Source of the DNA: a virus
Virus genome (UHGV): UHGV-0113858
Strand: one strand, 5' to 3'
Length of the DNA stretch: 64,000 bases
The first letter of the stretch is position 1, and each line of letters begins with the position of its first letter. This document shows, piece by piece, positions 27,806 through 37,682 of this stretch. Both the position numbers and the translations under genes were made by a program. The notes under the pieces were generated by a model. It had not been told where the DNA came from. It made no database searches and was given only the letters and a program-made list of their open reading frames with translations.

Positions 27806-28036
27806 TTATTCTTCTTCAAATTGAGACAAAAACTTATCTGCCTCGTCAACATCCTGATCGTCTTTCTCGTTTTGATCTGGCGCAACGATGTTAACTATTT
27901 TACCAGAAAACTCATCATAGTAAACATCGTCGTACATTTTACTGTCATCGGTTAAATCGTTGAAGTAGAGCCACCCGGCATAATGATGCTTATCATCGAA
28001 GCCACGGTCTTTCCATTTCGTTTTTTCTTTACTCAT
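27806..28036 (-). CDS. small acidic protein (76 aa)
   Basis: ORF. Confidence 0.35.
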   Translation of the reverse strand: MSKEKTKWKDRGFDDKHHYAGWLYFNDLTDDSKMYDDVYYDEFSGKIVNIVAPDQNEKDDQDVDEADKFLSQFEEE

Positions 28037-28542
28037 TCGTCCTCCAGGCCAAATACATCGCCCAGACGAGCTTCGTCTTCAATATCGAAAGTGATTTCAA
28101 ATGTCTCTGGCCGATCCCCTCGCTTGGTATACTTGCGGGTGTTAACTTTTTCAGTTACAGGGATGTCGTAAGGAAGATCTAAAACAAATTCCATATCACT
28201 GCCTGAATAAACCCCTACATCAAGGATTTCAACACCGTTGTATATCTTCGCGTATTTATAATCAGGTCGCATTTCTCCGACAAAAATCATTGTCTTACGA
28301 TACGTCGATGGCATATTGGCACATCTTACATTTTTGTTTTGGAACACAGTTACGTGTTTAGGATTCCCATCTTTATCGGTAACCTGAAAACCGAGTGCGT
28401 ATAAGGCAGCGCGGAGGTCATTATCTTTCTGAACATCAAATCCTGGGACCGTTCTCAGGAAGTCAATGGTGACCGAAATATGTTGTGGTGGCTTGCGTTT
28501 CTCTTTACTCATGTAATCTCCATTCTGCCTGACAAGGGGCAA
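28033..28542 (-). CDS. hypothetical protein (169 aa)
   Basis: ORF between nrdA and thyX. Confidence 0.4.
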   Translation of the reverse strand: MPLVRQNGDYMSKEKRKPPQHISVTIDFLRTVPGFDVQKDNDLRAALYALGFQVTDKDGNPKHVTVFQNKNVRCANMPSTYRKTMIFVGEMRPDYKYAKIYNGVEILDVGVYSGSDMEFVLDLPYDIPVTEKVNTRKYTKRGDRPETFEITFDIEDEARLGDVFGLEDE

Positions 28543-28592
28543 AATCGCCCCTAATTAATATGCTTCTAAGATACGAATTAACGATATCTTTG

Positions 28593-29591
28593 TCAACCTG
28601 AAATTGCATTGTCAGGCACTAACTGGCGATGTTGTCGCCAACCACGCAGGTTACCGGACCAGAGTTGCCCTTGACGATCTGCGTGTGTGATACCTTCTTC
28701 CCAAGAGCTTGGATCACGGGGAAAGTTAATATGCCCGATAGTTAAATAATCAGAGTTCTCAATTTCCCTGTATTCTGCCATAGGTGTAGCCTGATGTTCG
28801 AATGGAGAGGCATGAACCTTGTTACCACTCACCAACTTCTCATAGATATCCAGAGCCTTTTCTTTGCTCGTATTCAGAACACGATAAGACACCTGAGCAC
28901 AACAAGATGCGGAAATAGCCAAAGCCTCTTCTAGGGTCAGCATTACAGGCTTGTTCTCTTCGTCAAGAACGCAATAGCCTTCAAATACTGCACACTCTTT
29001 GTCATCGATATCTTCAAAGCCATAAACGTGATCAACGTATGGTGTATGCCACTGTCCCGGTTCAAGAGGGTCTGGGATAGAATTATCGCTAGCCTCTTTC
29101 ATTTCCTTAGCTAGTTCATAGATCGTCGGGTCAGCATCCGGGTCAACCCGCAGCCAGAAGAAATTATTCCAGTCTGTAGCGGTGACAACTGTCTTCATTC
29201 TTTGGTATGGTTCCAGAAGGCGGTTTGCAATCTGCTTGTGATAACCAGCATCTGCAAATTCTGCTGCAAACCGGGCTGCACTAAGTCCTGCGAGTTTCCA
29301 CCATTCTTCTGCCGAGTACCCATCACCAAGCTGTGCTGAGTGCTCCCCGGCATCCTGCATTCCAGGTTGGTTCTTACCAAACTTCACAGGCATTGCAGGA
29401 TTTTGCTGAACCTGCTCGATCATTTTCTTAATCGGAATAGCACGACTGCTCATCGCATTCCGACTTAACAGTCGGTGAGTCATCAACTCACTGTGAATAA
29501 TGCGTGGATATTCAAGCTCGAAAGTTGTGATCCGAGAACCAGAAGGTGAAATGCTGTCAGCTACAATTTTTACGGAAATCAAATTACTCAC
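28593..29591 (-). CDS. thyX: flavin-dependent thymidylate synthase
   Basis: ThyX motif RHRxxS...R (ELMTHRLLSRNAMSSRAIP). Confidence 0.8.
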   Translation of the reverse strand: MSNLISVKIVADSISPSGSRITTFELEYPRIIHSELMTHRLLSRNAMSSRAIPIKKMIEQVQQNPAMPVKFGKNQPGMQDAGEHSAQLGDGYSAEEWWKLAGLSAARFAAEFADAGYHKQIANRLLEPYQRMKTVVTATDWNNFFWLRVDPDADPTIYELAKEMKEASDNSIPDPLEPGQWHTPYVDHVYGFEDIDDKECAVFEGYCVLDEENKPVMLTLEEALAISASCCAQVSYRVLNTSKEKALDIYEKLVSGNKVHASPFEHQATPMAEYREIENSDYLTIGHINFPRDPSSWEEGITHADRQGQLWSGNLRGWRQHRQLVPDNAISG

Positions 29592-29901
29592 TCATTGCTC
29601 CTAATTTCTCAATAATCTTGTCTTGGTTTTCAGCCATACGAGCGGCGATGGCAGTTTCAACTAACAGGTCAAGTTCAGCAAGACGGTCTTTGTATTTGAT
29701 CTGGGGGGTAATAATCTCTTCCAGCTCGCGGAGAGAGAATAAGTTCAGATAGACGTCATAAAAAAGACCTTTATTAAAATCCGCATCAATCCCCATGATA
29801 TCCGCAGTCAGTCCTGTACCTGGGAACATACCTTCAATAACACGATTCACACGAGCCGTTGCTTGTGTACGGATGTGTTCCGCCATTTCATCCTTTGTCA
29901 T
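29584..29901 (-). CDS. hypothetical protein (105 aa)
   Basis: ORF. Confidence 0.4.
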   Translation of the reverse strand: MTKDEMAEHIRTQATARVNRVIEGMFPGTGLTADIMGIDADFNKGLFYDVYLNLFSLRELEEIITPQIKYKDRLAELDLLVETAIAARMAENQDKIIEKLGAMSE

Positions 29902-30098
29902 TTTCCAACCCTCTTAATTTTGTAGTTAACATTTGGATCAAGTTCTGCCTTGAACACCAAGTAGCGGTTAAGCACATTCTTACACATGTCGCTTGTCGCT
30001 TTGAATGAGTACACGAAATTATCCTTCTCATCGAATACTTCGTACCACTTACCCTGACGGGCGATGAAATCACCGCCCTCGCATCTATTCCTTTTCAT
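29898..30098 (-). CDS. hypothetical protein (66 aa)
   Basis: ORF. Confidence 0.35.
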   Translation of the reverse strand: MKRNRCEGGDFIARQGKWYEVFDEKDNFVYSFKATSDMCKNVLNRYLVFKAELDPNVNYKIKRVGK

Positions 30099-30751
30099 CA
30101 GGAGAGGTCCAGAATAAAGTCCTGAATATGACTCCAGTCGGATGTCTCAAGGTCAATCGAGACTTTCAACTCCTCAGATTGGTCATACGGAGTCCAGAAC
30201 TTAATCTTAAGTACGTCATCTCCGAACTGATTCAGGAATTCATTGCGATCATCAATAATGACGTCAAGCTTAAGACCTGCTTTGTTCTTCGTCGCATAAA
30301 AACCATGACCAGAACCCGGCTCAAGACTGAAGAACTCTTCTGTCTCACGTTTCAAGAAGCGTACCTTAGACGAAAAGTGTCCCTTTTTGCAGTATGATAC
30401 AAATTGGTTGAAGTGACCAGCTTCAGCAAATGCGGCCACTGCTTCAACAGCGCCAGGGCGTGGTTTCAGCCTATCGTACAAATAAGGATCTTCCCAGAAC
30501 TCATACGGAGGTAATTGATTCACCTTCGCGGGTGGAAAATATTTAGAAAGATTATAGTAAGTCTTCCCCTGTGGGTTCGGGGGTGGCAAACTACAGTCCG
30601 CCTTAACGCCATACATCAGTTCCAACCAATGAAGCCAAGGAGTACCAGAATCTACAAAAGTTAGATCGACATCAATACCTATATTCATCGGTTTACGCAT
30701 CATCTTCTCCATAGCTAATTGACCTAGCCCACTCAAGGATCTCTTCTGCAC
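30098..30751 (-). CDS. HAD-family 5'(3')-deoxyribonucleotidase-like protein
   Basis: HAD motif I IGIDVDLTF; size and context fit dNMP phosphatases. Confidence 0.45.
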   Translation of the reverse strand: MQKRSLSGLGQLAMEKMMRKPMNIGIDVDLTFVDSGTPWLHWLELMYGVKADCSLPPPNPQGKTYYNLSKYFPPAKVNQLPPYEFWEDPYLYDRLKPRPGAVEAVAAFAEAGHFNQFVSYCKKGHFSSKVRFLKRETEEFFSLEPGSGHGFYATKNKAGLKLDVIIDDRNEFLNQFGDDVLKIKFWTPYDQSEELKVSIDLETSDWSHIQDFILDLS

Positions 30752-31298
30752 AATCGATCATAGCGCCCTCTTTGTTATCAAAGTCACGTTCATGACCTCG
30801 GATACCATCAAGGTATAACCAGTTACGACTGTCATTCCCCCAATCATAACCTTTTCGGTGGATACGTGCAAGGAAGAATTCACCACCAGTCGAGTATGCA
30901 TAATCTGACAACTCTTTGATTTCCTCAGCAAAGCCACCATCTGAGAATACAATCACCTCGTCGTTGGCATAGGTCTGCTTCAGCTTTTCCACAGCAGCTT
31001 TACCGAATGCTGACTTTCCGAACAACGGCTTGATTACCTTCTCAGAGCAATGGATCATCCATTCGCGGGGAGAAACAAAGAAGCCGTCTATCATCAGGTA
31101 AGGTGTTGGTTTCTCTTTGTAGCGGCGCGTGTACAGAGAGTCCCATAGCTCGCGAGAGATACCTGCACTTCGAATAGCGACCTCAAAAAGGAGTTCCTTC
31201 ACCTCTTCGTGGTTGATGTTTGGGTTACCTTTACAAAGGTACGCAGAAATCTCATCTTTACCGCTCTGTGGTGGAGCATTCAGAACAATAATATCCAT
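30693..31298 (-). CDS. deoxynucleoside monophosphate kinase
   Basis: MDIIVLNAPPQSGKD P-loop resembling T4 gp1 MKLIFLSGVKRSGKD. Confidence 0.5.
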   Translation of the reverse strand: MDIIVLNAPPQSGKDEISAYLCKGNPNINHEEVKELLFEVAIRSAGISRELWDSLYTRRYKEKPTPYLMIDGFFVSPREWMIHCSEKVIKPLFGKSAFGKAAVEKLKQTYANDEVIVFSDGGFAEEIKELSDYAYSTGGEFFLARIHRKGYDWGNDSRNWLYLDGIRGHERDFDNKEGAMIDCAEEILEWARSISYGEDDA

Positions 31299-31482
31299 TA
31301 GTACCCCGTATACTGTTGGAGTGCATCAATGATGTCAAGACAAGCACCTAACTTATCAAAGCTTTCTTCGTTATCCTCAACCTCTACAACAGCCTCGATC
31401 CTTACACGTAAGGATTCGATCTGCTCTCGCAGCCAATCATCATCTGCGGCATCAGGAACTTTAACAACAATTTCTCTTCCCA
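31298..31482 (-). CDS. small hypothetical protein (61 aa, start MGREIVV)
   Basis: AAAGGAGA RBS; ORF-track version is N-terminally extended into the upstream gene. Confidence 0.3.
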
Positions 31483-31518
31483 TAGGATCTCCTTTGCAAA
31501 GGGCCGAAGCCCTTAAAG

Positions 31519-32460
31519 TTAAACCAAAATATTTGACAGAAGTTGCGCTCGTTTCTCTTTCGAGAGAAGGTTTGTTCTCCCACGGCGCTGTTGCCCGGTG
31601 ACCTTGTGACGGTAACGTTGGTACTTGCCAAGATTGGTGTAATGGAAACCATCCTCTATCCACTCGCTCATATCCAGAACACCATCAACATACAGATCGA
31701 AGTTAGGCAGACGAGAATCCCAAGGCATGAAGATTTCGTACAACTCTTGGTTCGATAAAACGTCGAACTTGTTATACTCTTCCATCTCATCCCAAGCCTC
31801 GGGGTTACCTTTCAAGCACTCATCCCACAGTAGGTGTCCTGGGAATTTGGTGTGCTTAGACTTCTTGTATTTCGTACACAGGCGATCGGTCAGATATTCC
31901 AGCTTGTTGGAGGTGAATCCAAACAGGGCTTTGGCGATAAGCATGGTATCGATAATACGGAAGGTTGATGGCTTATCCATTCCATTCAATAGGAAACGAG
32001 CATTGACCTTCTTAATGTCGAACTTACGGACATTATGCCCAACAACAAAATCCGCTTCATCAAGCAAGTCCCACAGGTCTTGAAGGATAGATGCATCACT
32101 TTCCTTATCGTAGTTATCACGGATATCGCGATAAATGACCTCGTCCTGGTCAGCCCATTTGGCTACGAAAGATAGCATGTACCAGTCAGAAACCATCTGG
32201 TTAAGCCCAATTCCATTCTGCCATAGACTCCAGAGATGCCCCTTCAGCGGTGCAGTCTCGATATCTAAGAACAGGATCTTGGCTTTCTTATAGTCCGATA
32301 CTAAGGCCTTTGTTAAAGGCGTAGACTCTGCGCTATGACGCTTAAGAACCAAACGGATGTATGACTCTCTCGACTCTTTTCCAAGAAATGTGCGAGCAAT
32401 TTCACGGTTACTCATTCCGCTTTCATGAAGTTCTATAATCTTTTTATCTACAGGTAGCAT
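31519..32460 (-). CDS. DEDD-family 3'-5' exonuclease with N-terminal HTH
   Basis: ILFLDIETAP (Exo I), VVGHNVRKFD (Exo II), YNKFDV (Exo III). Confidence 0.55.
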   Translation of the reverse strand: MLPVDKKIIELHESGMSNREIARTFLGKESRESYIRLVLKRHSAESTPLTKALVSDYKKAKILFLDIETAPLKGHLWSLWQNGIGLNQMVSDWYMLSFVAKWADQDEVIYRDIRDNYDKESDASILQDLWDLLDEADFVVGHNVRKFDIKKVNARFLLNGMDKPSTFRIIDTMLIAKALFGFTSNKLEYLTDRLCTKYKKSKHTKFPGHLLWDECLKGNPEAWDEMEEYNKFDVLSNQELYEIFMPWDSRLPNFDLYVDGVLDMSEWIEDGFHYTNLGKYQRYRHKVTGQQRRGRTNLLSKEKRAQLLSNILV

Positions 32461-32663
32461 TACACCTCTCGGACGAATTCAATGATATCATTCACAGCGA
32501 AATCTCTAAAGTCTTGTTTATCTAGATCATAACCTCTAATAAACCATTGAGAGTTCTTGTGATACTGGGTAGACCCATACCACATGACGGGTTCTTCTAC
32601 AGTACGATATCCGCACTTACCTCGCCAATTTCTGTAAAAGAATTTAAGTGGTTTCTTTGGCAT
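32460..32663 (-). CDS. hypothetical protein (67 aa)
   Basis: ORF. Confidence 0.35.
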   Translation of the reverse strand: MPKKPLKFFYRNWRGKCGYRTVEEPVMWYGSTQYHKNSQWFIRGYDLDKQDFRDFAVNDIIEFVREV

Positions 32664-33138
32664 GTTTTTCCTCCGTCTGCTTGACGAACTCTGTAAGGTA
32701 TAGCAAGAGGCTGTCTTGTTTCTGAGTACCTTCGGGGATAATTATGCCAAGGTCCGCCTTAGCTCTTTCAATTATCTTCTCGTTGGTGCATCTTCTCAAA
32801 AACTTCAACATATCGTTCTTAAACCCGCCGTGAAGCGGATAGCCACTGAAGTCTTGCTCTAAGTAATCTGCCAAATTTCTAAGAGCGGTGGATAACGACG
32901 TCTGAGTATTCTCTGAAACGTACTTCATCCAAGCCTTCAGGACATATCCCTCAAAAGTATTCACGCACTGACTAAGGACACCTCTGCATTTACCTTCGAA
33001 GTGGTCATGATCCAAGCACGGTTTGCGAAGTGGCTCGCCGAGTATAGGATCTAACCCTTGCTGCTCCAGAATCAATTTGTTTCTGAAAGCAGCAATCTGC
33101 TTTGCATCTTTCACCCAAAGTTCCGGTGTTAATGGCAC
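32644..33138 (-). CDS. endonuclease VII-type Holliday junction resolvase
   Basis: CLDHDHFEGKCRGVLSQCVN matches the Endo VII C...DHDH...RG.LC..CN core. Confidence 0.6.
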   Translation of the reverse strand: MPLTPELWVKDAKQIAAFRNKLILEQQGLDPILGEPLRKPCLDHDHFEGKCRGVLSQCVNTFEGYVLKAWMKYVSENTQTSLSTALRNLADYLEQDFSGYPLHGGFKNDMLKFLRRCTNEKIIERAKADLGIIIPEGTQKQDSLLLYLTEFVKQTEEKHAKETT

Positions 33139-33182
33139 AACTACTGGCTTCTTCCTTGCTTTTGGTTTGGATGCTCGACTCT

Positions 33183-33797
33183 TTATTCTTTTCCTACGGA
33201 TATATCCTCCAAGAACTTCTTCCCTATCAAATATGCATCTGCGTAGTCAGCCTTTCCGGCGGCAAGAGTCATTCCATCAAGCCAACCTGGAAAATCACAA
33301 TCTACTGCTCTCACCATGTGCGATTTTTCCATTTTAACCTGACCTGTTGAGTATACCTTTTTCCCGGTCTTTTTGTCAACCTTTTCTTTAACAACTGTGC
33401 GTTCTGATTCAGGCAAAAGTGCTCTGGCATAAGCCTTCACAGAGGTAGGGGCTACAGTATGGATCGCTTGATACCCCAAAATTGCTGACTGATACAACCC
33501 GTACACAATACAGTAGAACAGACCAGCCAAATCCCGAGTGGCGCTGCCGATAGAACTAAGGCTAAGGGCCTCCATAACATATTTGTCAATCCGATGTTCT
33601 TCAGCCAAAGTAAGGATTCTGCCAACAATGAACCTAATCTGTTCATGAACATTGTCAAAATAAATAACATCCTTGTTTTTCTTGCTCTTGCTATTGTTTG
33701 AGCCTGTTCTGATCATTTCCCGGTAAACAGGCACTCCATCATCGAATATGACAACAGCACAATGGCTAAGACTCTGATCAACCGACATCAGCTTCAT
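33183..33797 (-). CDS. RuvC-like / RNase H-fold nuclease
   Basis: N-terminal MSVDQSLSHCAVVIFDDG and C-terminal DYADAYLIG catalytic-Asp motifs. Confidence 0.4.
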   Translation of the reverse strand: MKLMSVDQSLSHCAVVIFDDGVPVYREMIRTGSNNSKSKKNKDVIYFDNVHEQIRFIVGRILTLAEEHRIDKYVMEALSLSSIGSATRDLAGLFYCIVYGLYQSAILGYQAIHTVAPTSVKAYARALLPESERTVVKEKVDKKTGKKVYSTGQVKMEKSHMVRAVDCDFPGWLDGMTLAAGKADYADAYLIGKKFLEDISVGKE

Positions 33798-34098
33798 CGG
33801 TTACCTCCGAGTCATTTTGGTCCTTGAAGACAACAAGCGAGAATTCTTGAGTGTCTAGCAAAACGCTTGTTAACATCAACAGCTTCTCACCTTCTACCAG
33901 CTCGCAATCATCCAGAAGCAATACGGTGAATGCAACATTCGGATCAGTATAGTCATCAGTGAAAATCACATAGCAATCATCACCAGACTCAACCATGCGC
34001 CACAATCCTGTGGCGACTAAGAATTTACCCTTGACGCTGGGAACAGCCAGCGCCTCAGCATCCCTCATAACTGCCTGCATGATTAAGTTATCAATCAT
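33778..34098 (-). CDS. hypothetical acidic protein (106 aa)
   Basis: ORF. Confidence 0.35.
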   Translation of the reverse strand: MIDNLIMQAVMRDAEALAVPSVKGKFLVATGLWRMVESGDDCYVIFTDDYTDPNVAFTVLLLDDCELVEGEKLLMLTSVLLDTQEFSLVVFKDQNDSEVTDEADVG

Positions 34099-35228
34099 AT
34101 AACCCCCACACGGCGTAACTCGCTTGAAAGGGTTGTCTTATCATTTGCAGAACGTTTCATGTAGACCATCTGGAAGATGATAGATGCCCACTGGCCTGCA
34201 CTCATTTTCCGTTGTGTGCCGTCCCACGAAGTAAACTCAACACCGTTCGGGAACCAGGTTTTATACTGGTTAATGATCGCTTGCCACATGGATTTCTCAT
34301 CCTGAAGGTGTCCGATCAGATTGAATGCCGCCGTATCACCGAAACGTCCAGCGATATCGAAACACTGGTAAGGCTTGATGTTATCTGAACTGTCACCGCA
34401 AAGCATCTGGTAACCGAAGAACTTACGCCCCCATCCCTTGACCTTACTACCTTCCATCCAGATCTCTCCCATCGAATCGTCGATCAACATAGGGATCGGG
34501 TGCTTCCATGTCTTCTCTTCTGAATCGCGCATAGTATCGAAGATAAGCCCAGGGTTTCCTTTCTGGTCTTTATCAAACGATGCCACGATGTAGTTGAACT
34601 TCCCGGTCTTCTGGTAATTCTCCCACCCCATATAAGCAAGAACAGACAGATAGTCATCTGCTTCAACACCATTGATCACCTTAGCGTTATACTTCCGGGT
34701 AACATAATCCCTTGTTTCCTGAAGAAGGAGTGGGCGTAATGTATCCTCACGATTACCCTTGTAACGCTCTGGAGCTGGGAGCATAAGGCGGAAGTTACCC
34801 TCACCACCAAGTACACCCATCCCTGTATTGCTTTCCATCTCAAGGTGTTCAAAGATAGCATTGATCTTTGTCTTCAGGATATGAAGGCAGTTTTCTACAG
34901 GTTCCGGTTCCTGAATGTCTTTAATCGTGAAGTCATCCCTACCCCACGGTACAAACACTCGGCCTTCGGCCTTTGCCTTCGCCTCCATGTTCATGTTTTG
35001 GTCTTTGATCCATCCACCGACAACTTTCTTTGTCGATCCCCAAAACTCAGTCCTGTTTTTGAAAATCTTTGTTCTTCCAGACTCAATGTGAGTGACCTCA
35101 ATTGTACGCTTTTCAGCACCAGCGGCTGATACAAAGCATGTCTGGTCGAGATCCAAAGCTAATACGCAGTCTTTTGTGACTTTATTTTTCCAATCTTTAT
35201 CATACGGATATCCCACTAGCCCTCTCAA
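34095..35228 (-). CDS. 5'-3' exonuclease / flap endonuclease (T4 RNase H / T5 D15 type)
   Basis: GVEADD motif and FEN-like acidic clusters. Confidence 0.65.
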   Translation of the reverse strand: MRGLVGYPYDKDWKNKVTKDCVLALDLDQTCFVSAAGAEKRTIEVTHIESGRTKIFKNRTEFWGSTKKVVGGWIKDQNMNMEAKAKAEGRVFVPWGRDDFTIKDIQEPEPVENCLHILKTKINAIFEHLEMESNTGMGVLGGEGNFRLMLPAPERYKGNREDTLRPLLLQETRDYVTRKYNAKVINGVEADDYLSVLAYMGWENYQKTGKFNYIVASFDKDQKGNPGLIFDTMRDSEEKTWKHPIPMLIDDSMGEIWMEGSKVKGWGRKFFGYQMLCGDSSDNIKPYQCFDIAGRFGDTAAFNLIGHLQDEKSMWQAIINQYKTWFPNGVEFTSWDGTQRKMSAGQWASIIFQMVYMKRSANDKTTLSSELRRVGVI

Positions 35229-35716
35229 TCTTTACTCAAATACTCGTCCAAATACCGGACATCCAATTCCCACTTTTCGCGCTTGCTTCGTTCATGATAC
35301 AAATCAAACGCTTCCTTAACATATTTCTCTGCCACAGGGCGACTAACTTCATTCACTCTCATAAAGTGACGAAGGGCAATTTCACCACGCCCACGGATCC
35401 CTGCCAAACCAATATGCTTGACTTCATGACAGGAAGGACATAGCGCGATTAGACCTATCAGAGTTATCTTACCGTCTCCGAAATTCCACTTCTCATGGCA
35501 TTCAACAGGGTGTTTTGTTCCTTTGCCCCCGCAGATTTCACATCGATAATTGGCCTTCGCATAACACTTCTTTCTGACAACATCCCACTGGGCTTTGGGG
35601 AGACGAGATCGGAGATTAGTAAACCACGCGGTCTTTGGAACTAGTTCAATCTCTAATTTCAAATCACCTCCACGTTGCAGCAACAACAATATCAATAGCT
35701 CGTTCCCAGCACTCAC
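35225..35716 (-). CDS. HNH endonuclease
   Basis: CEICGGKG...HPVECHEKWNF...CPSCHEVKH. Confidence 0.45.
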   Translation of the reverse strand: MSAGNELLILLLLQRGGDLKLEIELVPKTAWFTNLRSRLPKAQWDVVRKKCYAKANYRCEICGGKGTKHPVECHEKWNFGDGKITLIGLIALCPSCHEVKHIGLAGIRGRGEIALRHFMRVNEVSRPVAEKYVKEAFDLYHERSKREKWELDVRYLDEYLSKD

Positions 35717-36218
35717 CGAGAAGATTCAAACCACGCCAGTTGGTTGGGTCATCGATACGTGTGTCATATTCGTTTAATTTAACACCCCAGATGGCATCAT
35801 AAGGGGAGGCTTCCACAAACTTACGCCCAGCATCTCGATGCCCAAGAGCAGCTTCGAGAACAGATCTGTTGGCCTTCATTTTCAATACAAGACCTGAAGT
35901 CACTATATCCATTCTATTTTCTTCCCAGACGCTGTTGTCGAAACCTTTTACCTGACGACCAAGAGCTTTGGCCTCATTAGGGTTATCAACCGTAGCGATA
36001 CGGGAAGCAATTTCTTTGTCATCGAAGAGCATTGCCTTCTGGAACATCATGTAATGTTCTACAGTGAAAAACTCGTAACCACCACAACGAATAGGAATAA
36101 CTTGGCGGTAGTGATTACTGAACATATCCCGGTAAGTGAAGAAAAAGACGTATTTATCAGTTACTCGCATTATTCCCTCAATGAAATGTTTTCTTACTTG
36201 GACAAGAACCAGCGCCAT
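35664..36218 (-). CDS. NADAR (YbiA/DUF1768) domain protein
   Basis: FFFTYRDMFSN...EHYMMFQKA...EAKALGRQV...SPYDAIWGV...WRGLNLLGECW matches NADAR signature; likely start MRVTDKY. Confidence 0.55.
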   Translation of the reverse strand: MALVLVQVRKHFIEGIMRVTDKYVFFFTYRDMFSNHYRQVIPIRCGGYEFFTVEHYMMFQKAMLFDDKEIASRIATVDNPNEAKALGRQVKGFDNSVWEENRMDIVTSGLVLKMKANRSVLEAALGHRDAGRKFVEASPYDAIWGVKLNEYDTRIDDPTNWRGLNLLGECWERAIDIVVAATWR

Positions 36219-36372
36219 CTTTTGTTACAGTCTCTGTTCGATGACCGTCGCTGTAAACGCAGACCTTAGAGCTGCCGTTGGTATATTCATCAACCAAATC
36301 GAGAGTGTTTACAGTTGCGAATACCGGAGAAGAGAGCAGCAATGCTGCGATAAGAATTTTTGTGCGGATCAT
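36178..36372 (-). CDS. small secreted protein (64 aa)
   Basis: N-terminal signal peptide. Confidence 0.3.
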   Translation of the reverse strand: MIRTKILIAALLLSSPVFATVNTLDLVDEYTNGSSKVCVYSDGHRTETVTKDGAGSCPSKKTFH

Positions 36373-36434
36373 TGTGTATCTCCTTTTGTAAGTAGAGACC
36401 CGATGATACTAATCACCGGGCCTTTTGTCAACCT

Positions 36435-37325
36435 TTACTTACCTGCTGGCAGATTTACGAAAGGTACTGCACCGTTGCCACCCATAATGGTCGGGGTTTT
36501 ACCGTCCCACTTGTTGATCGCTTCCAGTTGCATGATTTCAGGGTTCTTACGGAGAGCATCACCACGCAGTTGGATGGATTCTGCTTCACCTTTTGCCAGA
36601 GCTACTTTAGCATCTGCCTGGCCCTGAGCTTGCAGTCGCTGGGATTCTGCTTCACCGCGAGCTGCTTCAATTTGTTTCTGAGCTTCAGCTTTAGTCTGCT
36701 GGATTTCGTTTTCACGCAGCAGCGCTTTCTGAGTCGCTTCGATCTTAGCGTTGATGGACGCAGTTACCTGAGGAGGATAACCAAGGTCATCAGTGTAAGA
36801 CAGTTTCACAATAATGATACCTACCGGATCAAGTTTCTGCTTCAGCGTCTTGGTCACTCGGTCCAGAAGCTGAGATTTACCATCACCAGCAAGTGTACCA
36901 ATATCCATCGTACCAGCTTCTTTGATCAGCGCATCAGAGATGTTCTGACGGATGTTGACATCGGTAATCTCTTGGACGCCTTTACGGTAGGTCTGGAAGA
37001 TCTTGGTAACCTTGGAGCGGTCAACGTAATACTCAACACCGATCTTTGCAGTAACCGTCATAGAATCTTTGGTCTGGAAGTTAAACGGTTGTTCGTAGTT
37101 GTTCAACTGGTTAAACGTCGGGAACTGATAGATCTCTTCGTTCCAGGTTAACCAATACTTACCAACGCCCACTTCTTGCTGCTGAACGCCTTTCTCATCA
37201 CCATACAGGTCAACCTTAACACCCACATAACCCGCCGGAACAGTTGCACGTTCACAACCAGTCAGACCAATTGCACCCAGGGCGATCAGTCCAGCAAATA
37301 CTACGCGTTTGATATTCTTAAGCAT
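36435..37325 (-). CDS. SPFH/band-7 (HflK/HflC-like) lipoprotein
   Basis: lipobox LTGC, SPFH core and Ala/Glu/Gln-rich coiled-coil tail. Confidence 0.7.
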   Translation of the reverse strand: MLKNIKRVVFAGLIALGAIGLTGCERATVPAGYVGVKVDLYGDEKGVQQQEVGVGKYWLTWNEEIYQFPTFNQLNNYEQPFNFQTKDSMTVTAKIGVEYYVDRSKVTKIFQTYRKGVQEITDVNIRQNISDALIKEAGTMDIGTLAGDGKSQLLDRVTKTLKQKLDPVGIIIVKLSYTDDLGYPPQVTASINAKIEATQKALLRENEIQQTKAEAQKQIEAARGEAESQRLQAQGQADAKVALAKGEAESIQLRGDALRKNPEIMQLEAINKWDGKTPTIMGGNGAVPFVNLPAGK

Positions 37326-37486
37326 CAGTTTGTTTCTCCTCTTTGATTTTATACTCAGTCTTTACGTTTTCATCAACGTGGTCATCTACGATTTTTGCAA
37401 CATAAGATGCCGCAGACTTACCTTTGGACTTTGCCAAGTGCTGCAACTTTTCCCAAGTTGCCGCCTTCAAATTTAGCAACATTATC
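37322..37486 (-). CDS. small ribbon-helix-helix-like protein (54 aa, below ORF-track cutoff)
   Basis: GGAGGAG RBS; MLLNLKAATWEKLQHLAKSKGKSAASYVAKIV fits the RHH strand-helix pattern. Confidence 0.3.
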
Positions 37487-37682
37487 GATCTCCTCCAGCG
37501 CTTGTCTTCGGAATGAAGACCTTACGCAACCAGTACCACACGACAACCGGGGCGGTGAAGACTAAGGCAAACCCGCCAATAACACTGATTGTATCTTTGG
37601 CAGAAACCAGAGTTGGGACACCAAACCCGAATACGACGCAGATGAAGACAAATAGGCCAACACCATTAAGGTAGTATTTCAT
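37482..37682 (-). CDS. small membrane protein (66 aa)
   Basis: two TM helices. Confidence 0.35.
   Translation of the reverse strand: MKYYLNGVGLFVFICVVFGFGVPTLVSAKDTISVIGGFALVFTAPVVVWYWLRKVFIPKTSAGGDR

Noticed and set aside
36528-37151. 207-aa plus-strand ORF
   Set aside because: Antisense to the SPFH lipoprotein gene; low-complexity Leu/Ser-rich translation typical of the antisense frame
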